Source of the DNA: a bacterium
GTDB lineage: Bacteria > Oederibacteriota > PGYV01 > Palsa-1178
Reading direction: 5' to 3'
Assembly: GCA_037138355.1 (NCBI GenBank)
Contig: JBAXIL010000009.1
Location: 1 to 48,260 of the forward strand
DNA length: 48,260 nucleotides
Shown here: piece by piece, positions 29,563-38,274 of the stretch
How positions within the stretch are numbered: position 1 is the stretch's first letter
Layout of the letters: each line of letters begins with the position of its first letter
Position numbers and translations under genes: made by a program
The notes under the pieces: model-generated
What the model saw: the letters and a program-made list of their open reading frames with translations, nothing else
Told to the model about the DNA's origin: nothing
The model's database searches: none

Positions 29563-30340
29563 GCTTGTCTTAAAAGCAGCAGGTGTTATGGCTTTAGCTG
29601 GGGCACAGTGCGGTCTAATAGGAGTTTTTGTGTTCCTATTAAACATTCCATTTATTGGGGTAGCAATAGCGCATGCTGCTATGGCTGGTGGTATTTGGGC
29701 TGTTATATTCGGTTTTCCAGGAAAGGCAGGCGCTTTCATACTTTCAATTTTTACTGCAATATTTGCAGGTCCTGTTTCTGATAAGACAGGTACAAAAATT
29801 AATATATCACTTGGCATTATATTTTCACTTGCTATGGGTTTGGCTTTTTTAGGTGCTGGAATCATGCCAGGCGGTATACAAAAGGCCTCTGGCTATTTAT
29901 GGGGTAGTGTTTTTTTGGCAGATAATTACGATATTATATTTATGGCAGGTGCTTTTTTAATTACTGCATTATTTACGATAATTTTTTACAGACAAATTTC
30001 AGCCGTGCTCTTTAATAGAGAAATGGCTGCCGCAAATGGCATAAACGATAAAGTGTTTTTTTATAGTATTATGATATTAATAGGATTGATAGTGGCAGTT
30101 AATTTAAATATTATTGGCGGACTCATGCTTTTTGCACTTGTTATTATACCGCCTTCTATTGCCAGAAGATTTACAAATGATCTCAAGCTATTTATGGTTT
30201 TATCGGTTTGTATTGGTATATTAGGTTCTGTTTTAGGAACTCTTGTTTCTTTTGCTTTAAACTTGCCAGTATCGGCAACTGTAGTGCTTGCTAATTGTGC
30301 ACTTTATGGATTCTCTTTATTTGCAGGTCAAAAGGAATAA
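29555..30340 (+). CDS. metal ABC transporter permease (ABC-3/ZnuB-like)
   Basis: AIAHAAMAG, YLWGS, FNREMAAANGI, IIGGLM. Confidence 0.88.
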   Translation: MNELVLKAAGVMALAGAQCGLIGVFVFLLNIPFIGVAIAHAAMAGGIWAVIFGFPGKAGAFILSIFTAIFAGPVSDKTGTKINISLGIIFSLAMGLAFLGAGIMPGGIQKASGYLWGSVFLADNYDIIFMAGAFLITALFTIIFYRQISAVLFNREMAAANGINDKVFFYSIMILIGLIVAVNLNIIGGLMLFALVIIPPSIARRFTNDLKLFMVLSVCIGILGSVLGTLVSFALNLPVSATVVLANCALYGFSLFAGQKE

Positions 30341-30393
30341 TTTTGTTTTAGTTCTGTCCTTAGTAATAAAACATAAATAGGGGAGATATTATT

Positions 30394-32946
30394 ATGAAAA
30401 GCAAAAAGTATTTGATTTTCTTGCTTTGTATAATATTTCCTGTAATGATAGCTGCTACATATACTGTTGATAATTCGGAGACTGGAAGCTTAGTAAATAG
30501 TTTGGGTGGTACATGGGTAACAATTGATGATGGTTATTCTTCTGTGACTTTTACTCCAAATGATACGCCTGCTTATGCAGGAACATACTCACGGCTTATG
30601 GATTGGACTATAAAAGCAGGAAATATAAGTGGTGCTTATGCTAGCATTGTGACTTCACTTAATTCTGGTTGGACAAATGTTGATTTAAGCGCTTATTCAG
30701 GTATTAGATTTTATGTAAAAGGTGCTGGTGGTTATTCTGTGGCTTTGGCAACAAATCAGACAAAAATAACACTTAATCATTATACTGCTCCGTTTAATCC
30801 TACTTCTACTTGGCAACAATATGAAATTCCTTTTTCTTCACTTACGCAACTCTGGGGAACTGCGAAACCTTGGGAACCTTCAACTATATATTCAATTGTG
30901 TTTACTTCTGTTTCTACTCCTGGAAATAGTGGGCAATTAAGATTTGATAATATAGAGTTCTACACTGCTGCTGAAGCTAATATTCTTCCAAACCCTAATG
31001 TCATAATACTTGAGCCAAAAATTAATATGCTTGGTTATCTTCCAAATGAAAAAAAATATTTTTATGTGGTAACAAACACAGCGGCAGTAGGTGATACATA
31101 TAAAATATTTGATGCCAACGGAAACACTTCCTATGCTGGCACTTTGAGTGGTTTGGCAGTCAATGATATAGCAACTACTGGAGAGGGAGTATGGAAAGTT
31201 GATTTTTCTAATTTTAAAACAATTGGGACATATCATATTTCAATAAATAATAAGGATAGTTTTCATTTTAAAATAGCTGACGATGTGTATGACGGACTTT
31301 TTAAAGATTCATTGAGATGCTTTTATTTAATACGATGTGGTATTGGAATAAATGATGAGGTTACTGGCTTATCTCGTAATGCCTGTCACTTAAGCGATGC
31401 AATAACTAAAGACACAGCAGTAAATAGTGATTTTACAGGTGGTTGGCATAATGCAGGTGATTATGGAAAATGGTGTCATATGGAAGCCATAAGCTCTGCA
31501 TGGTTTATGTGGCTTTATGAAATGAAAACCGCAAATATGAAAAACTTTAAAAATAATATTTTGGAATCTACAAACAGTATGTCAGACCTTTTAAATGAAG
31601 CAAAGTGGGGGCTTGACTTTCTTTTTAAATTGCAAAACACAGACGGTAGCGTTTATCATAAAGTGGATACTGAAGGAAATTTTTGTTGGGGAACAAAACC
31701 AGATATGGATCCATTTACGAGATATGCAGCTTTTCAAAAAATAGGACAATTACAAATACCTTCAACAATAGATGCTGCAGATTTTTCAGCAGTTATGGCA
31801 CAGGCATCAAGAGTGTTTGAAAATATAGATAGTGATTATTCAATAAAATGTAGGCAGGCAGCTATAAAAGCATGGGAGTGGGTTGTAGCAAATTCTGCAA
31901 CTGGACAGACAGATCCTTATTATACTGATGCTTCTTCTACAGAAGAGGTTTTGTGGGCAAAGGCGGAAATGTTTAGATTGACAGGGGACACAAATCTTAG
32001 CACAACTTTTTCAAGCGACATTGATTCACATATACTTGAAAATGTTTCATGGGCTACACCTGAATTTTTTGGATATTTTTCAATAACACAAGACAGCAAA
32101 ACGCCGCAGGCGCTAAAAGATAAGGTTGTAGGTAAAATAACTACCTTAGGTGACAGTTTTGTAACACTTGCGAATAATTCTGGTTACAATAGGATTGATA
32201 AGTCATTTGATTATTTTTGGGGTTCAAATGAGGACCTTATGAATAGGGCAGATTGTCTTCTTATGGCATATTCATTAACTGGAAATTCAGGATATAAAGA
32301 TACGGCTTTAAATCAGCTCTCATTTATTCTTGGAGCAAATAGTATTAATACATCTTATGTGACAAAAGAAGGAGAAAATAGCGCGGCTCATCCGTATAAT
32401 TGGATATTTTATGATTACGGAATACTTATGCCAGGCTGGGCTTCTGGTGGACCTAATCATGATATTAGTGGAGCAGATGCTTTACTTATTAATCTTATAA
32501 ATAAAGGTACTCCAATGGCAAAGTGCTGGTTGGACACTGCAGCCTCAAATGGTTCATATGCTTCCAATGAAGGGCAGACTTCGGAAAATGCTGCGCTTGT
32601 ATTTTTGTCAGGATTTTTTTTTAGTGAAATAGTGCCAGATGTTCCTGTACCAGAAGTTCCTAAAAGTAATTTAAATGAAGTTAAAGCTTATCCCAGTCCT
32701 TGTGACTTGCGTATGAACAATGCAGGTATTACATTTACCAATCTTACAGAAAAAACAAAAATATCTATTTACTCGCTTTCTGGAGAGCTTATTTATAAAG
32801 ATGAAGCAGACACTCCAGAAGGAAAATACTTTTGGAAATTAAAGCCTGCCATAAGGAGTAAAGCAATAGCCAATGGAATATACATTTATGTAATTAAAGG
32901 TAGTAATGGTCAAGTGGTCAAAGGCAAAATTGCAATTATAAGATAA
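30394..32946 (+). CDS. secreted GH9-family protein: CBM11/CIA30-like domain, Ig, GH9 barrel, FlgD/T9SS-like C-terminal domain
   Basis: Signal peptide; DLSAYSGIRFYVKG, GYLPNEKK, GGWHNAGDYGK, DLLNEAKWGLDFL, WGSN, SYASNE; AYPSP...IYSLSGELI...NGIYIY. Confidence 0.85.
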   Translation: MKSKKYLIFLLCIIFPVMIAATYTVDNSETGSLVNSLGGTWVTIDDGYSSVTFTPNDTPAYAGTYSRLMDWTIKAGNISGAYASIVTSLNSGWTNVDLSAYSGIRFYVKGAGGYSVALATNQTKITLNHYTAPFNPTSTWQQYEIPFSSLTQLWGTAKPWEPSTIYSIVFTSVSTPGNSGQLRFDNIEFYTAAEANILPNPNVIILEPKINMLGYLPNEKKYFYVVTNTAAVGDTYKIFDANGNTSYAGTLSGLAVNDIATTGEGVWKVDFSNFKTIGTYHISINNKDSFHFKIADDVYDGLFKDSLRCFYLIRCGIGINDEVTGLSRNACHLSDAITKDTAVNSDFTGGWHNAGDYGKWCHMEAISSAWFMWLYEMKTANMKNFKNNILESTNSMSDLLNEAKWGLDFLFKLQNTDGSVYHKVDTEGNFCWGTKPDMDPFTRYAAFQKIGQLQIPSTIDAADFSAVMAQASRVFENIDSDYSIKCRQAAIKAWEWVVANSATGQTDPYYTDASSTEEVLWAKAEMFRLTGDTNLSTTFSSDIDSHILENVSWATPEFFGYFSITQDSKTPQALKDKVVGKITTLGDSFVTLANNSGYNRIDKSFDYFWGSNEDLMNRADCLLMAYSLTGNSGYKDTALNQLSFILGANSINTSYVTKEGENSAAHPYNWIFYDYGILMPGWASGGPNHDISGADALLINLINKGTPMAKCWLDTAASNGSYASNEGQTSENAALVFLSGFFFSEIVPDVPVPEVPKSNLNEVKAYPSPCDLRMNNAGITFTNLTEKTKISIYSLSGELIYKDEADTPEGKYFWKLKPAIRSKAIANGIYIYVIKGSNGQVVKGKIAIIR

Positions 32947-32970
32947 ATAATATTAACAAGACAAGGGCAT

Positions 32971-32999
32971 TTGAATTATTTTAAGGATTGTGATACTAT
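32971..32999 (+). promoter_or_regulatory. sigma70 promoter
   Basis: TTGAAT-17 nt-TACTAT with TG extended -10. Confidence 0.5.
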
Positions 33000-33026
33000 T
33001 AGTTTATAGGTTGAAAAGGAGAAGCA

Positions 33027-34664
33027 ATGTCAAAATATATAAAAATAGCGGCTTTGATTATTTCAATGGCTATTCCAAATATGCTTTTTTCCATAACATC
33101 AAAATCTAATTCATTTTTGACTATAAATGTTGATGAAGTAACCTATGCCTTTGTTATAGGTACTTCAACATTAGCCAATGGCAAATTATTGTATGGTTAT
33201 CCTGATCCTGGTCTTATTTCTGGCCCATGGTCCACACATACTGTTATAAAAATAGATAAAACTCCTGTGGATATGCGAACTTTTGTCCCTACTCCAGTTT
33301 CTATGCCTGCTCCAAAGCTAACTACTGGCACTAATTTTATAACTGGTACTATAACCATAAATGGTATAGATGTAACTGCCAGGTGGGAACTTGTAAATAA
33401 TCCTGCTACTGGCACTCCTCAGGATACAGCTAAAATAAAATACACTCTAAAAAATAATACTTTGGCAGTCCATAAAGTGGCTTTAAGACTTGAGCTTGAC
33501 ACACAGGTAATAAATAATGATGGGACAAATATCTCAGTAGATAATGGTGCCAGTGTAATCGTGGCAAACACAGTGTATAAAAAATCTTTAAATCAGATAA
33601 GCGCAAGCTGGTGGGATTATGATCAGTCTCCATTGACTGGAACACCTACACTTGTAGGAAGAGGTTATAATAAAAATAATATATATGAAGAAGCAGCTGT
33701 AGAACCTGATATGATGGAAATCGCTAATTGGGAACAAGTGAAAACAGACGGGCAATGGAGTTTGGCTCCAACAGGTATTTCAATCCCTCCTGGACCTGTT
33801 CCAGTTGCGACTCCCGATAGTGCAGTTGTTTTGTGGTGGTGCAATGGAGATGAGAACTCAGATGGTTTTACCTTAAATCCTGGAGAAAGCATCACTTTTC
33901 TGACTTATTATGGTTTAAATGAGGAAGAATTACTTACAACTCCTACTTCTACACAGACAATTACTCCAACTTTTTCTATCACAAAGACTGTAACTAATAC
34001 TCTTACTTCTACTTGCACAGCAACAGAATCGCTTACTCATACAATTACGCCGACTCATACGATTTCAAATACTTTTACAAACTCGCCTACATTAACGATT
34101 ACAAATACCTTTACAGAAACTTTAACTAATACGATTACTAATACTGTGACAAACACATATACGATAACAAATACTTATACTATGACTAATACTTATACTC
34201 TGACAAATACTTACACTATGACACATACATACACTGTGACAAATACTTATACTGTAACTAATACCTTCACTATGACAAGTACTTATACTGTGACGAAAAC
34301 TATCACTAACACATTTACTGTGACTAATACATATACTGTGACAGCAACTTATACGCCTACTCCACTTCCACTTATTTTGGATTTAAAAGGTAATTTCCCT
34401 AATCCTTTTATTGATGATACACAGATAGTTTATAAGCTTTCAGTAGATGCGAATGTAAAAATAAAAATATTTGATGTTTCTGGAGAAGTGGTCAGGCAAG
34501 AAAAAGATATAGTTGGTAGAGCTGGATATAATAGTTTTTATTGGGATGGAAAAAATAGGGCTGCAAAGCCAGTGGCTTCAGGTGTTTTCATATATAGGCT
34601 TGATGCATATACTGATAGAGGCGAACATGCTTTTGGATTAGCAAAGGCGGCATGTGTAAAGTAA
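33027..34664 (+). CDS. secreted protein with Thr-x-Thr repeat tract and FlgD-Ig/T9SS-like C-terminal domain
   Basis: Signal peptide; beta-rich N-domain; ~140-aa TxTxT tract; NFPNPF...IFDVSGEVVR...WDGKN...VASGVFIY. Confidence 0.8.
   Translation: MSKYIKIAALIISMAIPNMLFSITSKSNSFLTINVDEVTYAFVIGTSTLANGKLLYGYPDPGLISGPWSTHTVIKIDKTPVDMRTFVPTPVSMPAPKLTTGTNFITGTITINGIDVTARWELVNNPATGTPQDTAKIKYTLKNNTLAVHKVALRLELDTQVINNDGTNISVDNGASVIVANTVYKKSLNQISASWWDYDQSPLTGTPTLVGRGYNKNNIYEEAAVEPDMMEIANWEQVKTDGQWSLAPTGISIPPGPVPVATPDSAVVLWWCNGDENSDGFTLNPGESITFLTYYGLNEEELLTTPTSTQTITPTFSITKTVTNTLTSTCTATESLTHTITPTHTISNTFTNSPTLTITNTFTETLTNTITNTVTNTYTITNTYTMTNTYTLTNTYTMTHTYTVTNTYTVTNTFTMTSTYTVTKTITNTFTVTNTYTVTATYTPTPLPLILDLKGNFPNPFIDDTQIVYKLSVDANVKIKIFDVSGEVVRQEKDIVGRAGYNSFYWDGKNRAAKPVASGVFIYRLDAYTDRGEHAFGLAKAACVK
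33936..34364 (+). repeat. Thr-alternating coding repeat; regular 18-bp core at 34149-34358
   Basis: TNTYTI TNTYTM TNTYTL TNTYTM THTYTV TNTYTV TNTFTM TSTYTV (TKTI) TNTFTV TNTYTV TATYTP. Confidence 0.92.
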
Positions 34665-34707
34665 GTGTTGCTATAAAAAAGTAGTATAATAAAAAAATAG
34701 GAGTTTT

Positions 34708-35739
34708 ATGATAATTATTGGACTGTTTGTTATTCTTCTGCTGGTTTTGATATTACCTTTCACGGTTCATAAAATCGAAAAGGAAATTGAGATATTCCTT
34801 TTTATAATGGGAGTGATTGCAGTTACGCTAACAAACCAGTGGAATGTAAAATTGGTGGAAGAAGCGCTTACTGAACCGATAAAAATAACAGTAGCAGTTC
34901 TTTTGGCTGGTCTTATCTTTCGTGTGCTCAAGAGCAAAATTGATAGTCATGTCAATGGACTGTTAAAAGTAGTTGGCATAAGATGGTTTATATTTCTTGT
35001 CGTTGTTATACTTGGACTCTTGTCAAGTGTGATAACCGCTATAATAGCAGCACTTGTATTAGTAGAAATTGTTGGTTATTTAAAGCTTGATAAGAAAAAC
35101 GAAATACTTTTGGTTGTTTTTTCTTGTTTCTCCATAGGTATGGGGGCTGCCTTGACTCCCATAGGCGAACCTTTGTCCACAATCGCAATAGCAAAGTTAA
35201 AAGATGCACCGCACTATGCTGGCTTCTGGTTTCTTTTTAAACATTTGTGGATACAAATAATAGTGGGTATATTTATCACAGGAATAGCAGCAGCCATTTT
35301 TGTGAAAAAGAGTAGTGATAAAAAGGGTTCAACAGATAAAGAACATGAAAAAAATAGTGATATATTTTTAAGAACAGGAAAGATATATGTGTTTGTAATG
35401 GGGCTCGTGTTTTTAGGGACAGGTTTTAAACCAATGGTTGATGAATACATATCTAAAATACCATTTTATGGTTTATATTGGATTAATATATTATCGGCCG
35501 TTTTAGATAATGCCACTCTAACTGCTGCTGAAATAGGACCACAAATGGAGCTGATACAAATAAAATCGGCTTTAATGGGTTTAATAATAGCAGGGGGATT
35601 ACTAATACCAGGTAATATACCAAATATAATTGCGGCGAATAAACTGAAAATTAAGAGTTCAGAGTGGGCAAAAGTTGCAATTCCATTTGGATTAGTTCTT
35701 ATGGCTGGTTACTTTTTAGTCACAATGATATTTAAGTAA
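34708..35739 (+). CDS. DUF1646-like predicted ion transporter (IT superfamily)
   Basis: Multi-TM; GAALTPIGEPLSTI, SAVLDNATL, GGLLIPGNIPNII. Confidence 0.8.
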   Translation: MIIIGLFVILLLVLILPFTVHKIEKEIEIFLFIMGVIAVTLTNQWNVKLVEEALTEPIKITVAVLLAGLIFRVLKSKIDSHVNGLLKVVGIRWFIFLVVVILGLLSSVITAIIAALVLVEIVGYLKLDKKNEILLVVFSCFSIGMGAALTPIGEPLSTIAIAKLKDAPHYAGFWFLFKHLWIQIIVGIFITGIAAAIFVKKSSDKKGSTDKEHEKNSDIFLRTGKIYVFVMGLVFLGTGFKPMVDEYISKIPFYGLYWINILSAVLDNATLTAAEIGPQMELIQIKSALMGLIIAGGLLIPGNIPNIIAANKLKIKSSEWAKVAIPFGLVLMAGYFLVTMIFK

Positions 35740-35754
35740 TATATTGGAGTAAAA

Positions 35755-36918
35755 ATGAAAATAGTTATTATAGGTAATGGAGTGGCAGCGATTGCTGCGG
35801 CAGAGAGCGCAGTGAAAAAAGATCCTTCTATTGTGATTACTATGATAAGTAATGAAAAGTATATGCATTATTCAAGACCTCGAGTGATTGAATTACTCTC
35901 AGGTAAGGTTTTGCAGGAGCAGATAATAATAAAGAAAAATGAGTTTTATAAGATTAATGGAATAAAACTTATTTGTCCGAAAGTAATAAAAGGAATTGAT
36001 ATAGGTCTTAAGTCTGTTATCTTTGAAAATGGAGAAACAGAAAACTACGATAAGCTTATTATTGCAGCAGGTGCTAATTCTTTTGTTCCCCCAGTGGAAG
36101 GTTCTACAAATAATGGAGTTTTCACACTTAGAACCATAGATGATGCAAATGAAATTATTGAATTTTCAAAAGATAAAAAAACTGCTGTTGTTATTGGTGG
36201 TGGTCTTTTAGGAATAGAAGCTGCTGTGGCGCTTAATATGCGCGGTTTGCAGACAACTATAGTTGAATTTTTTGACCGACTTCTTCCCCGTCAGTTGGAT
36301 AATGATGCTGCAACCATATTGCAGTCCTTACTCGAAGCAAAGGGTTTGAGCTTTTTGCTTTCCAAACAAGCACAGACAATCAAAGATAATGGCAATGAAT
36401 TAAAATTAAGTTTTAAAGATAATACGAGTCTATTGGCAGGGCTGATATTATTTTCCAGTGGAATTAGGAGTAATTTAAAAATAATAGAAGGAACAAGTAT
36501 AATTGCTGATAAAGGAATAAAAGTAAATAATTTTATGGAAACAAGTATATCCGATATTTATGCTTGTGGGGATATAGCAGAATATAATAATATGGTTTAT
36601 GGTATATGGCCGGCGGCAAGAGAGCAGGGGACTGTGGCTGGTACTAATGCGGCTGGTGGAAAAATAGAATATAAAGGAAGCATATTATCAGCCAAGCTGA
36701 AAGTGGTTGGTATTGATTTGGGTTCTATCGGGACAATTGAAGCAAAGGAAGATATTAAAGTATATACAAAAAGCGAAAAAGGAACTTTCAAAAGGATTTT
36801 TATTAAAAATGAAAAATTGAATGGGGCAATACTGCTTGGAGATACTAAAGATTTTCAGAAATTTCAAGAACTTTTAAAAACAGGGGCAACAATAGTAAAT
36901 CCTGAAGGGCTAATGTAA
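35755..36918 (+). CDS. FAD-dependent NAD(P)H oxidoreductase (NADH:rubredoxin oxidoreductase-like)
   Basis: IIGNGVA, YSRP, YDKLIIAAG, LRTIDDA, IGGGLLGIE, IYACGD. Confidence 0.82.
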   Translation: MKIVIIGNGVAAIAAAESAVKKDPSIVITMISNEKYMHYSRPRVIELLSGKVLQEQIIIKKNEFYKINGIKLICPKVIKGIDIGLKSVIFENGETENYDKLIIAAGANSFVPPVEGSTNNGVFTLRTIDDANEIIEFSKDKKTAVVIGGGLLGIEAAVALNMRGLQTTIVEFFDRLLPRQLDNDAATILQSLLEAKGLSFLLSKQAQTIKDNGNELKLSFKDNTSLLAGLILFSSGIRSNLKIIEGTSIIADKGIKVNNFMETSISDIYACGDIAEYNNMVYGIWPAAREQGTVAGTNAAGGKIEYKGSILSAKLKVVGIDLGSIGTIEAKEDIKVYTKSEKGTFKRIFIKNEKLNGAILLGDTKDFQKFQELLKTGATIVNPEGLM

Positions 36919-37151
36919 AACTGTCATTAGAGATAATTCAAAATCATAAACTCTGCTTAAAATTAAAACAAACATGATTTTTCAATATTATCTTGACATT
37001 TGGCCATAAATTGTATATTTGTAATAAGGGGTAATAATATGGGAGTAAATGTAAAAACACCATAATCATTCAATCATCGGCTAAATACCATACCCAAACA
37101 TGCGATATTTTTGAAAAAATGATCATTTCAGCATTTGGTTTAAAATATATG

Positions 37152-37194
37152 TTGACAAAATGGCATCATTATTATAAAGTTGTAATCATTACAA
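37152..37194 (+). promoter_or_regulatory. promoter with PerR/Fur-type 7-1-7 operator
   Basis: TTGACA(37152)-17 nt-TAAAGT(37175), overlapped by perfect palindrome TTGTAAT-C-ATTACAA (37180-37194). Confidence 0.8.
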
Positions 37195-37257
37195 AGTTGT
37201 TAACATAACAAAATATTGAGAGTTTGTTGAACATAAAATCAAAAAGGGAGGAACAAC

Positions 37258-37752
37258 ATGATTGGAAAGAAAATGGAAGATGCGATTAATAAACAGATTA
37301 ACGCCGAGTTTTATTCTTCGTTTTTGTACTTAGCTATGGCAGCAGATTTTGAAGCACAGAACTTTAAGGGGTTCACGAACTGGCTTAAAATTCAAGCCCA
37401 GGAAGAGTACTCACATGCAATGAAATTTTATCATCATATAATAGAAAGAGGCGGGAAAGTTAAATTTGAGGCGATAGATGCTCCAAAAGCAGGGTGGAAG
37501 AATGCCTTGGCAGTGTTTACGGAAACATATGAGCACGAGGTAAAGGTAACGGCTATGATTTACAAGCTTGTAGAAATCGCAAGAGCTGAGAAAGATTATG
37601 CTGCGGAATCTATGCTTAAGTGGTTTGTAGACGAACAAGTAGAAGAAGAGGCCAATACTTCTGAAATAGTTGGTATTCTAAAACTTATTGGTGATTCAAA
37701 AGGGAGTTTGTATCAGCTTGACCATCAGCTCGGAAAAAGAAAAGCAGACTAA
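37258..37752 (+). CDS. ftnA: non-heme ferritin
   Basis: QINAEFYSS, QAQEEYSHA, EHEVKVT, WFVDEQVEEE ferroxidase residues. Confidence 0.95.
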   Translation: MIGKKMEDAINKQINAEFYSSFLYLAMAADFEAQNFKGFTNWLKIQAQEEYSHAMKFYHHIIERGGKVKFEAIDAPKAGWKNALAVFTETYEHEVKVTAMIYKLVEIARAEKDYAAESMLKWFVDEQVEEEANTSEIVGILKLIGDSKGSLYQLDHQLGKRKAD

Positions 37753-37781
37753 AACTAACAGTTAATAAAGCGAGGAGTAAT

Positions 37782-38237
37782 ATGGTAGATAAAATTAAAA
37801 CACCTAAAGAAATAGGGGAGATGCTCAGAAGTAAAGGTGTAAAACCTTCAGTAATACGGATACAAGTCATGAAATATCTTTTGGAACACAGGGCACATCC
37901 AAATGTTGATACAATATATAAATTCCTTATCAAGGAAATGCCAACACTTTCAAAAACAAGTATTTACAATACTTTGAAAACCTTTTCTTCAAAAGGTCTT
38001 GTCTTGGAAGTAATGACTGGGAGTGGAGAGATACTTTTTGATGGCTATCCTGAAAGGCATGCTCATTTTACTTGCACTGAATGCAAAAAAATAGTGGATG
38101 TCAGTTTGGATTGTGAAATATGTAAGACGCATGGTTTGGAAGGTTATACAATCACTGAACAATCAGTGTATCTAAAAGGAATTTGTACAGAGTGTGGTAA
38201 AGTAAAAAGTACAAAAAAAGTAATAAGTAAAAAATAA
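37782..38237 (+). CDS. perR: Fur-family regulator, PerR-like
   Basis: HPNVD, SKTSIYNTL, FD...HAHFTCTEC..IVD, terminal GICTEC; oxidative-stress context. Confidence 0.78.
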   Translation: MVDKIKTPKEIGEMLRSKGVKPSVIRIQVMKYLLEHRAHPNVDTIYKFLIKEMPTLSKTSIYNTLKTFSSKGLVLEVMTGSGEILFDGYPERHAHFTCTECKKIVDVSLDCEICKTHGLEGYTITEQSVYLKGICTECGKVKSTKKVISKK

Positions 38238-38274
38238 GATTAAGCGCAAAAGATAAAAAATAGCGGAGGAATGA

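Noticed and set aside
34149..34358. CRISPR array
   Set aside because: No spacers, in-frame 18-bp coding units with synonymous variation, no cas genes
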